Positions 63,663 through 64,000 of a stretch of DNA of 64,000 bases are shown piece by piece. The notes under the pieces were generated by a model that did not search any database, was not told the DNA's origin, and worked only from the letters and a program-made list of their open reading frames with translations. Source of the stretch: Leptogorgia sarmentosa (taxonomy: Eukaryota); NCBI GenBank assembly GCA_964658305.1, contig OZ210885.1, positions 20,708,001-20,772,000 of the forward strand. The letters are read 5' to 3'. Position numbers and translations under genes: made by a program. Within the stretch, counting starts at the first letter, position 1. Each line of letters opens with the position of its first letter.

Positions 63663-64000
63663 TTAGAAGGACGAGGAATATTTATATTCAATTTCGTGGA
63701 GGAAAACTCCGTAAAGAACAATGGCTTCATCTGGAGTAGGCGTTGGCATTATCAAATTGTTTTCTTGCATGATAATTATCGCCAACTCAGGAGATTCCAT
63801 ATTGAAAGATGGGGGTATGCGATGCAAATTCCACAGCCGTGCAACTCTGTGCAATTCTTTGTGCAAGATGTCCATAAAGCAAAATTTCAGACATTCTCGT
63901 TGTATTGCATCGTTGTCAGAATACAAACCAGAATCTCTAAGGTCTTTGAAATACCGGATCCACCAGTCAGCACATTCTTTTCTCAAGATACCCCACCATG
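63663..64000 (-). pseudogene. C-terminal fragment of an IS3EU-like integrase-core transposase, running off the window
   Basis: WWGILRKECADWWIRYFKDLRDSG...ECLKFCFM...WNLHRI parallels WWSYL...TWWRNFF...ECLWYCF...WNTHRI at 22020-22210. Confidence 0.75.

Overview
AT-rich eukaryotic (animal) DNA with GT-AG introns. The repeat repertoire suggests a cnidarian or other marine invertebrate, which is inference only. The window is almost entirely nested transposable elements, and I see no intact host gene, RNA gene or CRISPR array. Recognisable elements: one near-intact CR1/L2-group LINE with a 2A-like motif; a decayed L2 LINE; a Penelope fragment; a full-length Sola2 transposon (about 825-bp TIRs, 4-bp TSD, one nonsense codon); two IS3EU-like integrase remnants; a piggyBac split by a young BEL/Pao LTR element; three more decayed BEL/Pao elements; and many MITEs. 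The most interesting signals are spliced genes that the ORF track only shows as fragments. (1) An HMGXB3-like KDZ-type transposase C-terminus (812-2021, +) converges on a gene of about 12 exons (13285-3718, -) whose reconstructed product has DUF927/Cch-like helicase-ATPase architecture. (2) A spliced Zisupton/KDZ transposase (50248-53749, +) runs in frame into a Cys...DSH papain-fold domain resembling herpes-tegument-type deubiquitinases, and is bracketed by two inverted copies of a mariner derivative. All family assignments come from motif recognition by eye, not from database searches.
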